Positions 9,772 through 20,096 of a stretch of DNA of 64,000 bases are shown one piece after another. The DNA is from an uncultured Nitrososphaeria archaeon (GTDB taxonomy: Archaea > Thermoproteota > Nitrososphaeria > JACIWG01), in assembly GCA_964448685.1 (NCBI GenBank), contig CAYUWR010000015.1, positions 2,217 to 66,216 of the forward strand, written 5' to 3'. The first letter of the stretch is position 1. The number at the start of each line of letters is the position of its first letter. The notes beneath the pieces were generated by a model. That model saw only the letters and a program-made list of their open reading frames with translations. It did not search any database and was not told the origin of the DNA. Both the position numbers and the translations under genes were made by a program.

Positions 9772-11367
9772 CTAACTGTTGAAGACAGCCCTTATACGGG
9801 GGTCAAGTCTATCGCCAAGGCTTCTTATGGCCTCACTTCTTATCTTATTGAATTCTCTAACTTTCTCCTCGTAGACGCTCTGTGGATACAGCTTTTCAGG
9901 ATGCAAAAAGATGTCATCAACCATCCTAATAGCCCGCGGAACTTGGAAGCCGATGGGTGAATCCACCCAGTCTTCAAGTCCTCCCCTCAAGAGGGAATCC
10001 AATACGCCCATAGTATGTTCGAGGGTGATCTTCTTGTAACGTGAACCTTCTCCGATTCCACCGGTATTCAGTAGATAATATTTCACATGAGGAAGACCCT
10101 TCAAGATCCTGTAGAAGATGTTCGCGTGCTCAGCTCGGTCCCCTGCAACAAATGGGTCATAGAAGAACTCGCTTCTTATTCTGCCAGCCTTCGTGGGATC
10201 TCCTGCACTTGATTCCATAGCCCAGCCCAATATCGTCAAGGCGACAGCCTGCTCAAGGTTCAGCCTGGATATAGCGGGGATCAGTGGGCCTCTAGTGATC
10301 AAGATTATGTTGTCGATCCTGTCAACATCGATATGGGTTGAAGCATGCATGACGTTCCTTCTCAATATGACAGCCCGACCATTTGAGGTTCTTTCGATAT
10401 TGTAGAAGTCGAAGTCGCCATCTTCGGTAACGTAGACGTCTTCACATAACGTTTCAGGCTTAAGGAGGCCATAGTATATTTCCCGCTGAGAGCCAGGGTT
10501 CACCCCTTCAGTCTTAACGAAGACGCCTCCTGCCTCAAATCCGTGAAAGGAGCCGTCAGGCATAAGGGTTCCACCATCATCTTGAATCATCCAAGACTGT
10601 TCTCTACCCTTTCTCGCCAGTATCTTACAGGTCAAGGTAGTCTTCCCATTAGCGCTTAGGGCCAGAAGCAGCGTCCTAACCCTCACGTAGTCGCCGTGAG
10701 CCGATTGAAGGTAGTCCTCTCTACATCCAGCGTGTAAGAAGAGCCCGCCGCGCTTGGTCTTGGCAACCCAGTCCTCGGAGGCAAACACACCCTTCTTATA
10801 CTCACCAATGTAGTTGCTGTTTCTTATGATCTTGACCACCCTGCCATCTTCCAACATAGCCAACCGAATCGTGATGTCTTTTTGGGGAAGAGGCTTCGAC
10901 TTATTCGACTCATACGCCTCGTCAAAGAAGAAGACTATCTGATAGTCTGGCACCTCCACCTTCTCCCTAACTGGGATGAAAAGATGTCCGCCACCGTAGG
11001 CTATGTGAGCGAAACGCTCTGGCACGATAAGCCTGACCACGGTCTTGCTGCTGTGATTACCGACAATCTTGTCCAAAGATATCAGCCTCTCTTTGGAAAG
11101 ATACTCTTCACATTGCTCCAGAAGCCTGAGCTCCGCTTCCCCAAAAGGTGTATCAACACTATTCCTTGTGAACATGGCCGCACGTGATGTTGGTTCGCTT
11201 TCGACCACGTAGCTGCCATATATCGTCTTCTTAACCCCCTCCTCCTTCTCCACAAGGGCCCTAAGCTCTTCTTCTGAAGGGTTATCGATCAACCTATTTT
11301 CCTCTAAGGCCTTATTCCTTATCCTATCAGCGGTCCTCGCGAACTCGCCGAGGTCAAATCCTTCCAT
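9772..11367 (-). CDS. pckA: Phosphoenolpyruvate carboxykinase (ATP)
   Basis: YIGEYKKG, LHAGC, LSANGKTT, IQDD, FEAGGVFVKT, SNGRA, LLNTG. Start at ATG 11367. Confidence 0.85.
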   Translation of the reverse strand: MEGFDLGEFARTADRIRNKALEENRLIDNPSEEELRALVEKEEGVKKTIYGSYVVESEPTSRAAMFTRNSVDTPFGEAELRLLEQCEEYLSKERLISLDKIVGNHSSKTVVRLIVPERFAHIAYGGGHLFIPVREKVEVPDYQIVFFFDEAYESNKSKPLPQKDITIRLAMLEDGRVVKIIRNSNYIGEYKKGVFASEDWVAKTKRGGLFLHAGCREDYLQSAHGDYVRVRTLLLALSANGKTTLTCKILARKGREQSWMIQDDGGTLMPDGSFHGFEAGGVFVKTEGVNPGSQREIYYGLLKPETLCEDVYVTEDGDFDFYNIERTSNGRAVILRRNVMHASTHIDVDRIDNIILITRGPLIPAISRLNLEQAVALTILGWAMESSAGDPTKAGRIRSEFFYDPFVAGDRAEHANIFYRILKGLPHVKYYLLNTGGIGEGSRYKKITLEHTMGVLDSLLRGGLEDWVDSPIGFQVPRAIRMVDDIFLHPEKLYPQSVYEEKVREFNKIRSEAIRSLGDRLDPRIRAVFNS

Positions 11368-11520
11368 TAGCACCGTGTAAAACCTATAGGTTAGTATTAT
11401 AAACTTTCTAGTGCCCACACCGGCATCATGCCAGCCAAGATGTGGACATAGCATACTAGGACTGGCAATATGTGTCGATTGCGAGCAGAAGAAGAAGATT
11501 TTGTCCGCTCCCAGACCAGA

Positions 11521-11535
11521 ATGCATATATATCAA
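11521..11535 (+). promoter_or_regulatory. Shared 15-bp promoter element, copy 1 (upstream of glnA)
   Basis: ATGCATATATATCAA, identical to 14265-14279. Confidence 0.5.
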
Positions 11536-11576
11536 GACGATGCAGGACTATGACCAATTAAGATCTGATGTAGAAG

Positions 11577-12941
11577 ATGAGAAACTTCAAAGATGAAGTG
11601 TGGAGAAGAAACGTGGATAAGGTGGTGAAGCAGATAGAGGAGGAAGACATAAAGTTCGTCAAACTACAGTTCACGGATATCAATGGCATACTGAAGAGCC
11701 TTTCTGTACATTCAAAGAATATAGAAAACATCTTCGAAAACGGACAACCATTTGATGGATCTTCAATCACGGGTTTCCGACCAATAGAAGAATCAGACAT
11801 GGTCCTCTTTCCAGACCCCACCACCTTCGCGGTCATCCCATGGAGACCTCAAGAGAAATCATCATGCAGGCTAATATGTGACGTGTACACTCCAGATAAC
11901 AGACGATTCGAGGGAGACCCACGATATGTGCTCGAGAAGGCGCTCTTGAAATGTGAGGAGGCTGGAATGAGCTACATATGCGCACCTGAACTGGAATTCT
12001 TCCTACTTAAGGAGGGGGAGAATGGCGGCGCTCCAACACCAATCGACCTAGCAGGATACTTTGACTATCACCCAGGCGACCTCACTGATGGCATAAGGAG
12101 AGAGATAGCCGACTCAGCCGAGCACTTCGGCATCGAAATCGAGGTCTCCCATCATGAAGTCGCTCTTGGACAGAACGAAATCGACTTCAAATACGATGAA
12201 GCGCTGACTACGGCGGACAGGGCGATTACGATGAAGATGATCACCAAGACCGCCGCCGCCAGAAACGGATATCTTGCGACATACATGCCAAAGCCCTTCT
12301 TTGGAATAAATGGTTCAGGAATGCACGTACACCAGAGCATGTGGAACCGAGAGAGGACAGAGAACCTCTTCTACTGCAAAGACGAAAACAGCAACTACCT
12401 CTCTGACATAGCCAGACACTTCATAGGAGGACAGCTTCGATACGGCAGAGAAATGTGTTCTGTACTTGCATCATGGCCAAACTCCTACAAGAGGCTTGTC
12501 CCAGGCTATGAGGCGCCAGTTTATATTGCTTGGGCTTTCAAGAATAGGTCGCCTCTAATAAGAGTCCCCAACTTTGGCGGCAGAAAGAATGCGGCAAGAT
12601 GCGAGATCAGATGCCCAGATCCAGCGGGAAACCCCTACCTGCAGTTCGCAGTCCTCTGTCTATCGGGGCTAGAGGGGATCAAGAGGAAGGAGGACCCAGG
12701 TGAGCCCACCGAGCTGAACGTGTACAGGATGAGCTATGAAGAAAGAAAGGCGAAGAAGATCGTTTCACTTCCGGAATCACTTAAGGAGGCATTGGACTTG
12801 ACCGAACAGAGCCCATTCATGAGAGAAGCCCTTGGCGAGACACTCTTCGAGAACTACCTGCAGGCAAAGAGGAAGGAGTGGGACCTCTACAGGACGCAGG
12901 TTACAAACTGGGAGATCGACAGGTACATCAGAAGACTCTGA
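11577..12941 (+). CDS. glnA: Glutamine synthetase type I
   Basis: FDGSSI, HHEVA, MPKPF, NGSGMHVHQS, SYKRLVPGYEAP, NRSPLIR, EIRCPD. Confidence 0.97.
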   Translation: MRNFKDEVWRRNVDKVVKQIEEEDIKFVKLQFTDINGILKSLSVHSKNIENIFENGQPFDGSSITGFRPIEESDMVLFPDPTTFAVIPWRPQEKSSCRLICDVYTPDNRRFEGDPRYVLEKALLKCEEAGMSYICAPELEFFLLKEGENGGAPTPIDLAGYFDYHPGDLTDGIRREIADSAEHFGIEIEVSHHEVALGQNEIDFKYDEALTTADRAITMKMITKTAAARNGYLATYMPKPFFGINGSGMHVHQSMWNRERTENLFYCKDENSNYLSDIARHFIGGQLRYGREMCSVLASWPNSYKRLVPGYEAPVYIAWAFKNRSPLIRVPNFGGRKNAARCEIRCPDPAGNPYLQFAVLCLSGLEGIKRKEDPGEPTELNVYRMSYEERKAKKIVSLPESLKEALDLTEQSPFMREALGETLFENYLQAKRKEWDLYRTQVTNWEIDRYIRRL

Positions 12942-13083
12942 GAAAGGGAAGGCTACAGGGAACCAGCTGGTTGTATAGCTTCCATTCTCACAGTTCTCTC
13001 AAGTCAACCAACCATTCTCATGCCGAAACATATTCACGATTTCTCCATCTCACACAAATCATTTATAAACTCCCCTGATATAG

Positions 13084-14202
13084 ATGAAAAATATGTCCTG
13101 CGGCGGAAGCTCGGCTGAAGAAGACCTAGGATATAGGACGGTACAGGTCACTGGAAGAGACTCATACATTATATCCCTGCCCAAGCGGTGGGTTCTGAGC
13201 AACGGACTAAAAAAAGGCAGCCAACTTATATTCAAGAAGCTCGCTGACTCATCACTTCTATTAGTTCCCAGAGAAGTCTTGGAAGCTCAAGGGAGACAGA
13301 AGGAGCAGACTTTGAAGGAGTTCACAGTTAGAATAACGTCCAAAGACGATCCTACATCCATATCCCGTCGAATCATGTCATTGTACACTATCAGCGCCGA
13401 CCTGATCCAAGTCAAGTATAAGGAAGGAGATATTACTCCAGCACAGAAGGCATCGATAAAGAACACGGCAAGAATGCTCCTAGGCTCTGAGATCATCTCT
13501 GAATCTTCCACGGAAATCATCATACAGATTCTAATCAATCGCATGGAATTTCCACTAGAAAAGGCCGTTAGAAGGATGTTTACAATTGCCAAGTCAATGG
13601 ACGCAGAGGCTGTCTCAGCTCTCAAGGGCTTTGATGGGAGATTACTTCAAGAGGTTATAGACTCAGATCAGGACCTTGACCGCCTCAGCCTCTATGCCGT
13701 ACGTCAGCTCAAATACGGAATAGACCACAACCTCTTCAGAGAAATGGGTCTTAGGACGTCAAGAGAGGCACTGGGCTACCGGATTCTGATAAATGGACTC
13801 GAAAACATAGGCGACAACGCGGTGAGCACGGCGAGAAGCATCCTGGAACTTAAGAGGTTAACCGATGACCATGTCTTGGTCTTGAGCGAGCCAATGGATG
13901 AAGAAGTTTTCTCTGGCGTTCTAAAATGCCATTCTTTCGGACATCTCCTCCTCGATGATTCAATGAAGGCTTTTTTCAAGAGAGACTACCATTTAGCCGA
14001 CGATGTGATATCAAGATTCATTTCAACTGGCGAACAGTTCGAGAGGGACTCGATCAACCTGATGCTGAACAAGAAGATAGACCCCAACCTTGCAGCGGTT
14101 CTAAGACTAGCACTCTACAATTCCAAGAAGATGATGGAATACAGTAGAGACATCGCAGAGGTGACACTGAACAGAACCGTGGACGAGATAAGCACCATAT
14201 AG
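13084..14202 (+). CDS. AbrB-PhoU family regulator
   Basis: N-terminal AbrB-like RTVQVTGRDSYIISLPKRW followed by two PhoU-like helical repeats (DQDLDRL, LENIGD). Confidence 0.85.
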   Translation: MKNMSCGGSSAEEDLGYRTVQVTGRDSYIISLPKRWVLSNGLKKGSQLIFKKLADSSLLLVPREVLEAQGRQKEQTLKEFTVRITSKDDPTSISRRIMSLYTISADLIQVKYKEGDITPAQKASIKNTARMLLGSEIISESSTEIIIQILINRMEFPLEKAVRRMFTIAKSMDAEAVSALKGFDGRLLQEVIDSDQDLDRLSLYAVRQLKYGIDHNLFREMGLRTSREALGYRILINGLENIGDNAVSTARSILELKRLTDDHVLVLSEPMDEEVFSGVLKCHSFGHLLLDDSMKAFFKRDYHLADDVISRFISTGEQFERDSINLMLNKKIDPNLAAVLRLALYNSKKMMEYSRDIAEVTLNRTVDEISTI

Positions 14203-14264
14203 CCGACTGAGCCAGCACGTGAAGCAGCCTGCGCCTATCTATATGAATCATTTATGGGCATCTC

Positions 14265-14279
14265 ATGCATATATATCAA
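14265..14279 (+). promoter_or_regulatory. Shared 15-bp promoter element, copy 2
   Basis: ATGCATATATATCAA, identical to 11521-11535. Confidence 0.5.
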
Positions 14280-14312
14280 TTACGCTAGTCTTATATTTAG
14301 TCTACTGCGAAC

Positions 14313-14657
14313 ATGAGTAACATGTTAGATAACATAGATGATGAGGACAAGAAGATCCTTTTAGCCTTGGCCTTCGCCAAAGGTGCCGCACCCCCAGAAT
14401 ATATTTCATTTCACACAGGGATCAAGGATCCCATAAAGATCCTTAAGAAGATGGAGAAGGTTGGACTGGTCCACAGGAGCAAGTCTTCGGGCTGGTCCCA
14501 TAGTATGAGCCTTATGTTCGAGATAACACTTCAAGCAAGAAGGGAGCTGTTTACCAGCGACCTGATCTGTATCATAGATGGATCCGGTCAACCTACAGCC
14601 TTTAAATTCGACGAGTTCGACGCAGCCACCACCGCCTACGATGAAGAAATAGGGTGA
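14313..14657 (+). CDS. Hypothetical winged-helix protein
   Basis: DDEDKKILLAL...ILKKMEKVGLV...FEIT, a wHTH-like pattern. Confidence 0.55.
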   Translation: MSNMLDNIDDEDKKILLALAFAKGAAPPEYISFHTGIKDPIKILKKMEKVGLVHRSKSSGWSHSMSLMFEITLQARRELFTSDLICIIDGSGQPTAFKFDEFDAATTAYDEEIG

Positions 14658-14800
14658 TTACAGATTCACAGCTACATTGATATACTAGATGAAATGGGCA
14701 TACGCTCGCGGACAGATTTGAGAGAGCCGGCGCGAGCACATGTAGGTGTACTCACCAGCATGCTCAGAACATGACGTCGAGCCACAGAGAGGCTGTCACC

Positions 14801-15244
14801 ATGAAGAAGATCATATTCAGAGAAGAAGTCTGCATGGGCTGCGGCTTATGTGAAGTCCACTGTCTAGTACAGCATTCAAGGTCAAAGGACGCCATCAAAG
14901 CGTACCGCAGAGAGGACCCAAAGCCGCTAAGTCGCATCAGACTAGAAGTTGACAGACCTACAACATCGGTCGTGCAATGCCAAAACTGCAGAGACCCCCC
15001 ATGTGTCATGGCCTGCCTATCTGGGGCGATGCACAAGGATATCGACAGTGGACTCGTAGTTCATGACGCTGACAGATGTGGCGGATGCCTGACCTGTGTC
15101 ATCGTCTGCCCATTCGGCGCGATAAAACCTGACTACAGCATAAGGAGAATAGTTGCAAAATGTGACATGTGCCAAGACACAGGCATCCCTTCATGTGTAT
15201 CCAACTGCCCCAACGAAGCATTAGTGTACGTGGAGGCCGGCTGA
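14801..15244 (+). CDS. 4Fe-4S dicluster electron-transfer protein (CooF/DmsB-like)
   Basis: CxxCxxCxxxC and CxxC...CP motifs for up to four clusters. Start at ATG 14801. Confidence 0.9.
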   Translation: MKKIIFREEVCMGCGLCEVHCLVQHSRSKDAIKAYRREDPKPLSRIRLEVDRPTTSVVQCQNCRDPPCVMACLSGAMHKDIDSGLVVHDADRCGGCLTCVIVCPFGAIKPDYSIRRIVAKCDMCQDTGIPSCVSNCPNEALVYVEAG

Positions 15245-15246
15245 CG

Positions 15247-16530
15247 GTGCCAAAGTATGTTATCGTTGGAGGTTCAGCTGGAGCCGTAGGGGCGATAGAG
15301 GCTATCAGAGAAGTGGACGCTGATGGAACGATCACAGTCATATCTGAGGAGACGCCGCCAGCCTACTCAAGACCTATGATCGGCGAATTCCTATCAGTTG
15401 ATCCTTCTATGAGGAAGCTTGCTTATCGTTCAGAAGGATTCTGGCAGCGGAACAGGGTTGAGACCATCGTAGGAAAGAAGGCTGTTGGAGTCGACTTAGC
15501 TGGAAGATGCGTGAAACTTGATGGGGGAGAAAAGGTTTACTTCGAGAGACTACTGATAGCCTCGGGAAGCAGGCCGGTTATCGTGAAGGTTAATGGAATA
15601 GAAAAAGGTGGCGTCTTCACCTTCACAACATTGGCTGATGCTTTGACATTAAAGGAGAAGATGGCGCGATCAAGGAGGGCTGTGGTCGTAGGTGGGGGAC
15701 TGATCGGGGTCTACGCAGCAGACGTTCTATCCGATCTGGGTGTGAAGACCACGATAGTGGAGCTTCGTGAGAGAATTCTAAGCCTCCTCCTTGACCAAGT
15801 GGCTTCAGAGATAGTTAAGACTAGGATTCAGGAGAAAGGCGTCGACGTAATCACAGGCCACTCTGTACAACAGATATTGGGAAAACAAGATGATGGGAGC
15901 GAAGTTGGAGCCGTCGTCTTGGACGATGGCAAGGTGATCGCCTGCGACATAGTCGTGATGGCGGTAGGCGTCAGACCACGCATCGAACTTGTACAAGGCA
16001 CAGGAATAAATGTGAACGTCGGAATCGTCGTGGACAGGTTTATGCGTACGAACGTGCCAGACGTGTATGCATGTGGAGACGCTGCCGAAGCCTACGACTT
16101 CATCTTGAACGACAACCGTGTACTCCCCCAGTGGCCGACAGCCTACGAGGGAGGGAGAATTGCAGGCTACAATATGGCAGGAAAGGAAGTCCAGTATCCG
16201 GGTGGAACACTCATGAGCGCGCTGAAGTACTTCGACGTCCCTGTAGCCGCCGCTGGCTTAACAGACCCAAGAGGAGAAGACAAATGTGAGGCGCTCTCAT
16301 CACTTGATCCTCTCACCTCAACATACAAGAAGGTCGTAGTCAAGGACGATAAGGTCGTCGGCTTCATCCTGGTCAATGACATAGAGAAAGCGGGAATACT
16401 ATTCTATTTGATGAGTAAAGGTGTCAACATCGCAGGATTCAAGGAGAAACTTGTTTCAAACACCTTCGGCCTAATCAGCCTGCCGGCCAAGATAAGAAAT
16501 AGGATGTTGGAGGAGAGTCTCAGAGGATGA
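15247..16530 (+). CDS. NAD(P)/FAD-dependent oxidoreductase (NirB/rubredoxin-reductase-like), likely GOGAT electron donor
   Basis: IVGGSAGA, YSRP, VGGGLIG, VYACGD. GTG 15247 follows GGAGG. Confidence 0.88.
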   Translation: MPKYVIVGGSAGAVGAIEAIREVDADGTITVISEETPPAYSRPMIGEFLSVDPSMRKLAYRSEGFWQRNRVETIVGKKAVGVDLAGRCVKLDGGEKVYFERLLIASGSRPVIVKVNGIEKGGVFTFTTLADALTLKEKMARSRRAVVVGGGLIGVYAADVLSDLGVKTTIVELRERILSLLLDQVASEIVKTRIQEKGVDVITGHSVQQILGKQDDGSEVGAVVLDDGKVIACDIVVMAVGVRPRIELVQGTGINVNVGIVVDRFMRTNVPDVYACGDAAEAYDFILNDNRVLPQWPTAYEGGRIAGYNMAGKEVQYPGGTLMSALKYFDVPVAAAGLTDPRGEDKCEALSSLDPLTSTYKKVVVKDDKVVGFILVNDIEKAGILFYLMSKGVNIAGFKEKLVSNTFGLISLPAKIRNRMLEESLRG

Positions 16531-17651
16531 GCTGGACTGAAGTCAACAACAGGTACAACGATGACAAGCTGATCGAAGGCTGCTCCCTATTTGGCATGAT
16601 GAACCTCAGCGGAGAAAGGTTTTCTTCAAGAAACCCAGTTCGCGCCATAGCAAACATGCATGAGCGAGGCAACGGATTGGGCGGAGGCTTCGCAGTCTAT
16701 GGCATCTACCCAGAACATAGGGAAGAGTACGCGTTACACATAATGTACCTTGACAGAGACGCCAAGAAAAAGACTGAACGTCTTCTCAAGGAGGACTTCC
16801 ACGTGAACTTCGACGAAGAAATGCCGACGAGAGAGGCGAAGGTGAAGGATCCACCAATACTCTGGAGATACTTCGTGCAACCTCGCAGGAGACAGCTGAC
16901 AAAAGACGACGACTACGTGATGGAGAAGGTGATGAAGATCAACACGCAGACAGGAAAGGCCTTCGTTTTTTCAAGCGGCAAAGATATGGGAGTCTTCAAG
17001 GGTGTAGGGTTCCCAGAGGACATCGCCGAATACTACTGTCTAGAGGAATACAGGGGATACATGTGGACCTGCCACGGAAGGTTTCCAACAAACACTCCAG
17101 GCTGGTGGGGTGGCGCACACCCATTCAGCATACTCGACTGGAGCGTCGTCCACAACGGTGAAATCTCCTCTTACGGCATCAACCGACGCCATCTTGAAAT
17201 GTACGGTTACAGATGCACCATGCAGACCGACACAGAGGTTTTAGCATACACATTTGACCTCCTCATAAGACGCCATCATCTTCCCATCGAGGTGGCGGCC
17301 CAGATCATCGCACCACCATTCTGGAACGAAATCGACAGACAGCCGCCACAGAGGCGCCGGCTCCTGACAGCACTTCGCCAGACATATGGCAGCCTGCTGA
17401 TGAACGGCCCATTCAGCATCATAGTAGCCCACCAGGGGGAAATGATAGGGTTAACGGACAGGATCAAACTGCGCCCACTATCGGCAGGGCTCAAGGGAGA
17501 CTTCCTCTACCTCTCCTCGGAAGAATCAGCCATCAGCCTGATTTCCCCCCATCTAGACAGGATTTGGCGTCCGAAGGGAGGGGAGCCGGTTGTGGGAAGG
17601 CTTGGAGCAAGAGGAGTCAAAGAGCTCCTTGTCAGGAGTGAAATGCAATGA
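16527..17651 (+). CDS. Glutamate synthase amidotransferase subunit (GltB domain 1)
   Basis: GCSLFG N-terminal nucleophile, ERGNGLG, HGRFPTNT, AHPF, VHNGEI, TDTE. Confidence 0.92.
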   Translation: MSWTEVNNRYNDDKLIEGCSLFGMMNLSGERFSSRNPVRAIANMHERGNGLGGGFAVYGIYPEHREEYALHIMYLDRDAKKKTERLLKEDFHVNFDEEMPTREAKVKDPPILWRYFVQPRRRQLTKDDDYVMEKVMKINTQTGKAFVFSSGKDMGVFKGVGFPEDIAEYYCLEEYRGYMWTCHGRFPTNTPGWWGGAHPFSILDWSVVHNGEISSYGINRRHLEMYGYRCTMQTDTEVLAYTFDLLIRRHHLPIEVAAQIIAPPFWNEIDRQPPQRRRLLTALRQTYGSLLMNGPFSIIVAHQGEMIGLTDRIKLRPLSAGLKGDFLYLSSEESAISLISPHLDRIWRPKGGEPVVGRLGARGVKELLVRSEMQ

Positions 17652-19156
17652 ACTACTGTGAACCAGAATATGTTGTCGACAGAGATGACAGCAAGTGTAT
17701 AAGATGCAAGGTCTGTGTCAACCAGTGCACATACGAGACACACTATTATGATCCAGAAGACGACAGAGTCTACAGCAGAAGTGAAAAATGCGTCAACTGC
17801 CACAGATGTGTAGTCTTCTGTCCAACCCAAGCTATCTCCATCAGAAGGAACCCAACCGCTTACACAGCAAACGACAACTGGACCCAAGAGGTAATCATGG
17901 ACATCAAGAGGCAGGCGGAAGTGGGCGGAGTCCTCCTTACCGGGATGGGATGTGATAAACCAAACTACTCCTACTGGGATAGGCTACTATTGAACGCGAG
18001 CCAAGTCACAAACCCCTCAATCGACCCAATAAGGGAGCCCATGGAACTCCGCACCTATCTAGGCTCAAGACCTGACAGGCTCGAGTTGGAGATGGAAAGC
18101 GGAGAGATGATATTGAAGACCAAGTTGGCACCTCAAGTATGCGTTGAAACACCAATCCTCTTTTCAGCCCTCTCCTATGGCGCGATCAGCTACAACGTAC
18201 ACGAAGCCCTAGCGAGAGCAGCCTCACAGTTCGGGACTCTATTCAATACAGGAGAGGGGGGACTGGACAGTAGGCTATACAAGTTTGGAGACCACACGAT
18301 CGTCCAGGTGGCTTCAGGCCGATTCGGCGTCCACCAAGACTACTTAGATGTGGGGGCTGCAGTTGAAATCAAGATCGGCCAGGGAGCGAAACCTGGAATA
18401 GGAGGCCACCTACCTGGTGAGAAGGTTGGCCCAGAGGTTTCTAGAACGCGGATGATACCAGTGGGAACAGACGCCCTATCACCAGCTCCACAGCATGACA
18501 TCTACTCAATCGAAGACCTACGTCAACTGATCTACGCTCTGAAGGAGGCAACAGACTATACAAAACCGGTTTCAGTCAAGATAGCGGCGGTGCACAATTC
18601 AGCCGCCATCGCAAGCGGCATAGCCAGGGCAGGCGCAGACATCATCGCCATAGACGGAGTTAGAGGGGGAACAGGAGCCGCTCCAAAGGTCTGCCGTGAT
18701 AACGTCGGCATACCAATAGAACTTGCCCTGGCATCAGTCGACCAGCGGCTACGTGACGAGGGAATCAGGAACAAGGTTTCCATTATCGCCGCAGGAGGCA
18801 TCAAGAGCAGCGCAGATGTGGTGAAGGCCATCGCCTTAGGCGCAGACGCAGTATACATTGCAACAGCAGCCCTCGTAGCCATAGGGTGCACAGTCTGCCA
18901 GAGATGCTATACGGGAAAATGCCCATGGGGAATCGCTACCACAGACCCATGGATTTCGAAGAGGGTGAACCCAGACATAGCCACCAGAAGGCTGGTCAAC
19001 CTACTTCAGGCCTGGAGCTGGGAGATAAAGGAGATGATGGGCGGGATGGGGGTTAACGCCATCGAAAGCCTCAGGGGAAACCGACTGCATCTCCGTGGCG
19101 TCGGACTGACAGAGGCTGAACTGAAGGTTCTCGGAGTGAAGGCAGCAGGTGAATGA
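17648..19156 (+). CDS. Glutamate synthase FMN-binding subunit with N-terminal ferredoxin (GltB domain 2)
   Basis: NTGEGG, QVASGRFGV, KIGQGAKPGIGGHLPG, CTVCQRCYTGKCPWGI. Confidence 0.95.
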   Translation: MNYCEPEYVVDRDDSKCIRCKVCVNQCTYETHYYDPEDDRVYSRSEKCVNCHRCVVFCPTQAISIRRNPTAYTANDNWTQEVIMDIKRQAEVGGVLLTGMGCDKPNYSYWDRLLLNASQVTNPSIDPIREPMELRTYLGSRPDRLELEMESGEMILKTKLAPQVCVETPILFSALSYGAISYNVHEALARAASQFGTLFNTGEGGLDSRLYKFGDHTIVQVASGRFGVHQDYLDVGAAVEIKIGQGAKPGIGGHLPGEKVGPEVSRTRMIPVGTDALSPAPQHDIYSIEDLRQLIYALKEATDYTKPVSVKIAAVHNSAAIASGIARAGADIIAIDGVRGGTGAAPKVCRDNVGIPIELALASVDQRLRDEGIRNKVSIIAAGGIKSSADVVKAIALGADAVYIATAALVAIGCTVCQRCYTGKCPWGIATTDPWISKRVNPDIATRRLVNLLQAWSWEIKEMMGGMGVNAIESLRGNRLHLRGVGLTEAELKVLGVKAAGE

Positions 19157-19162
19157 ATAAGG

Positions 19163-19972
19163 ATGGAGACTGGAAGCAAGGGGGCGGTATCAGAGTTCTC
19201 CTGGATGAACCTCCGTGACCGTGTCACATTAGGAGATGGCGTGGCGAAGGTGAACGCCGAAGGCATGTACTACGGTGACCTCAACGCCCTAACGAAGGCC
19301 CTGAACCGAGACAGTGTGAAGAAGATAGAAATCTTCAACGTCTACGGACAGAGATATCTTGGCACAGGCCTAGAGGGAAACAGCCACATTGAAATCCATG
19401 GGACGCCAGGAAACGACCTCGGCGCATTCATGAAGCAGACGACCTTGGTCGTCCACGGAAACGCACAGGACGGCTGCGGCAACACCATGGACAGCGGCAA
19501 GATCATCGTCCACGGCTACGTGGGGGACATCGTGGGATACTCGATGAGAGGTGGAAGCATCTTTGTTAGAGACGACGCCGGATACCGCGCAGGAATACAT
19601 ATGAAGGAGTATCAGGAGAAAAAGCCGGTTCTCGTGATAGGGGGCACGGCCCAAGACTTCCTCGGAGAATACATGGCGGGAGGTATACTAGTTGTCCTAG
19701 GTCTCACCCTCCAAGATGACTTAAGGCATACGGCCAGGTTCGTTGGCACAGGAATGCATGGGGGAAAGATGTACATCAGAGGAAAGGTCGACGGCCTATC
19801 ACGGGACGTTGAGGCAGTGGACTTGGATGGGGAAGACCGAAGGCTACTTGACAGCATCGTATCCGAGTTCTGCGGCCACTTCGGCTTCAACGCCGACAAG
19901 ATTATGAGAGCAAAATTTGGAAAGCTTGTGCCGACTTCAAGCAGACCCTACGAGAGGCTCTATGTGAGATAG
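19163..19972 (+). CDS. Glutamate synthase GXGXG subunit (GltB domain 3)
   Basis: GTPGNDLGAFM, GNAQDGCGNTM, GEYMAGG. Confidence 0.92.
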   Translation: METGSKGAVSEFSWMNLRDRVTLGDGVAKVNAEGMYYGDLNALTKALNRDSVKKIEIFNVYGQRYLGTGLEGNSHIEIHGTPGNDLGAFMKQTTLVVHGNAQDGCGNTMDSGKIIVHGYVGDIVGYSMRGGSIFVRDDAGYRAGIHMKEYQEKKPVLVIGGTAQDFLGEYMAGGILVVLGLTLQDDLRHTARFVGTGMHGGKMYIRGKVDGLSRDVEAVDLDGEDRRLLDSIVSEFCGHFGFNADKIMRAKFGKLVPTSSRPYERLYVR

Positions 19973-20096
19973 TCGAAGACTCACACTTCTTCTTAACAGC
20001 AAGAAGAGAAATCGCGGCAAAGGATGTCCTTCAGCCTTAGTGAAAGGATAGAGTATAGAGACCGCAGCCAAAGAGGGCGACTGGCGGAAAGCCTTA

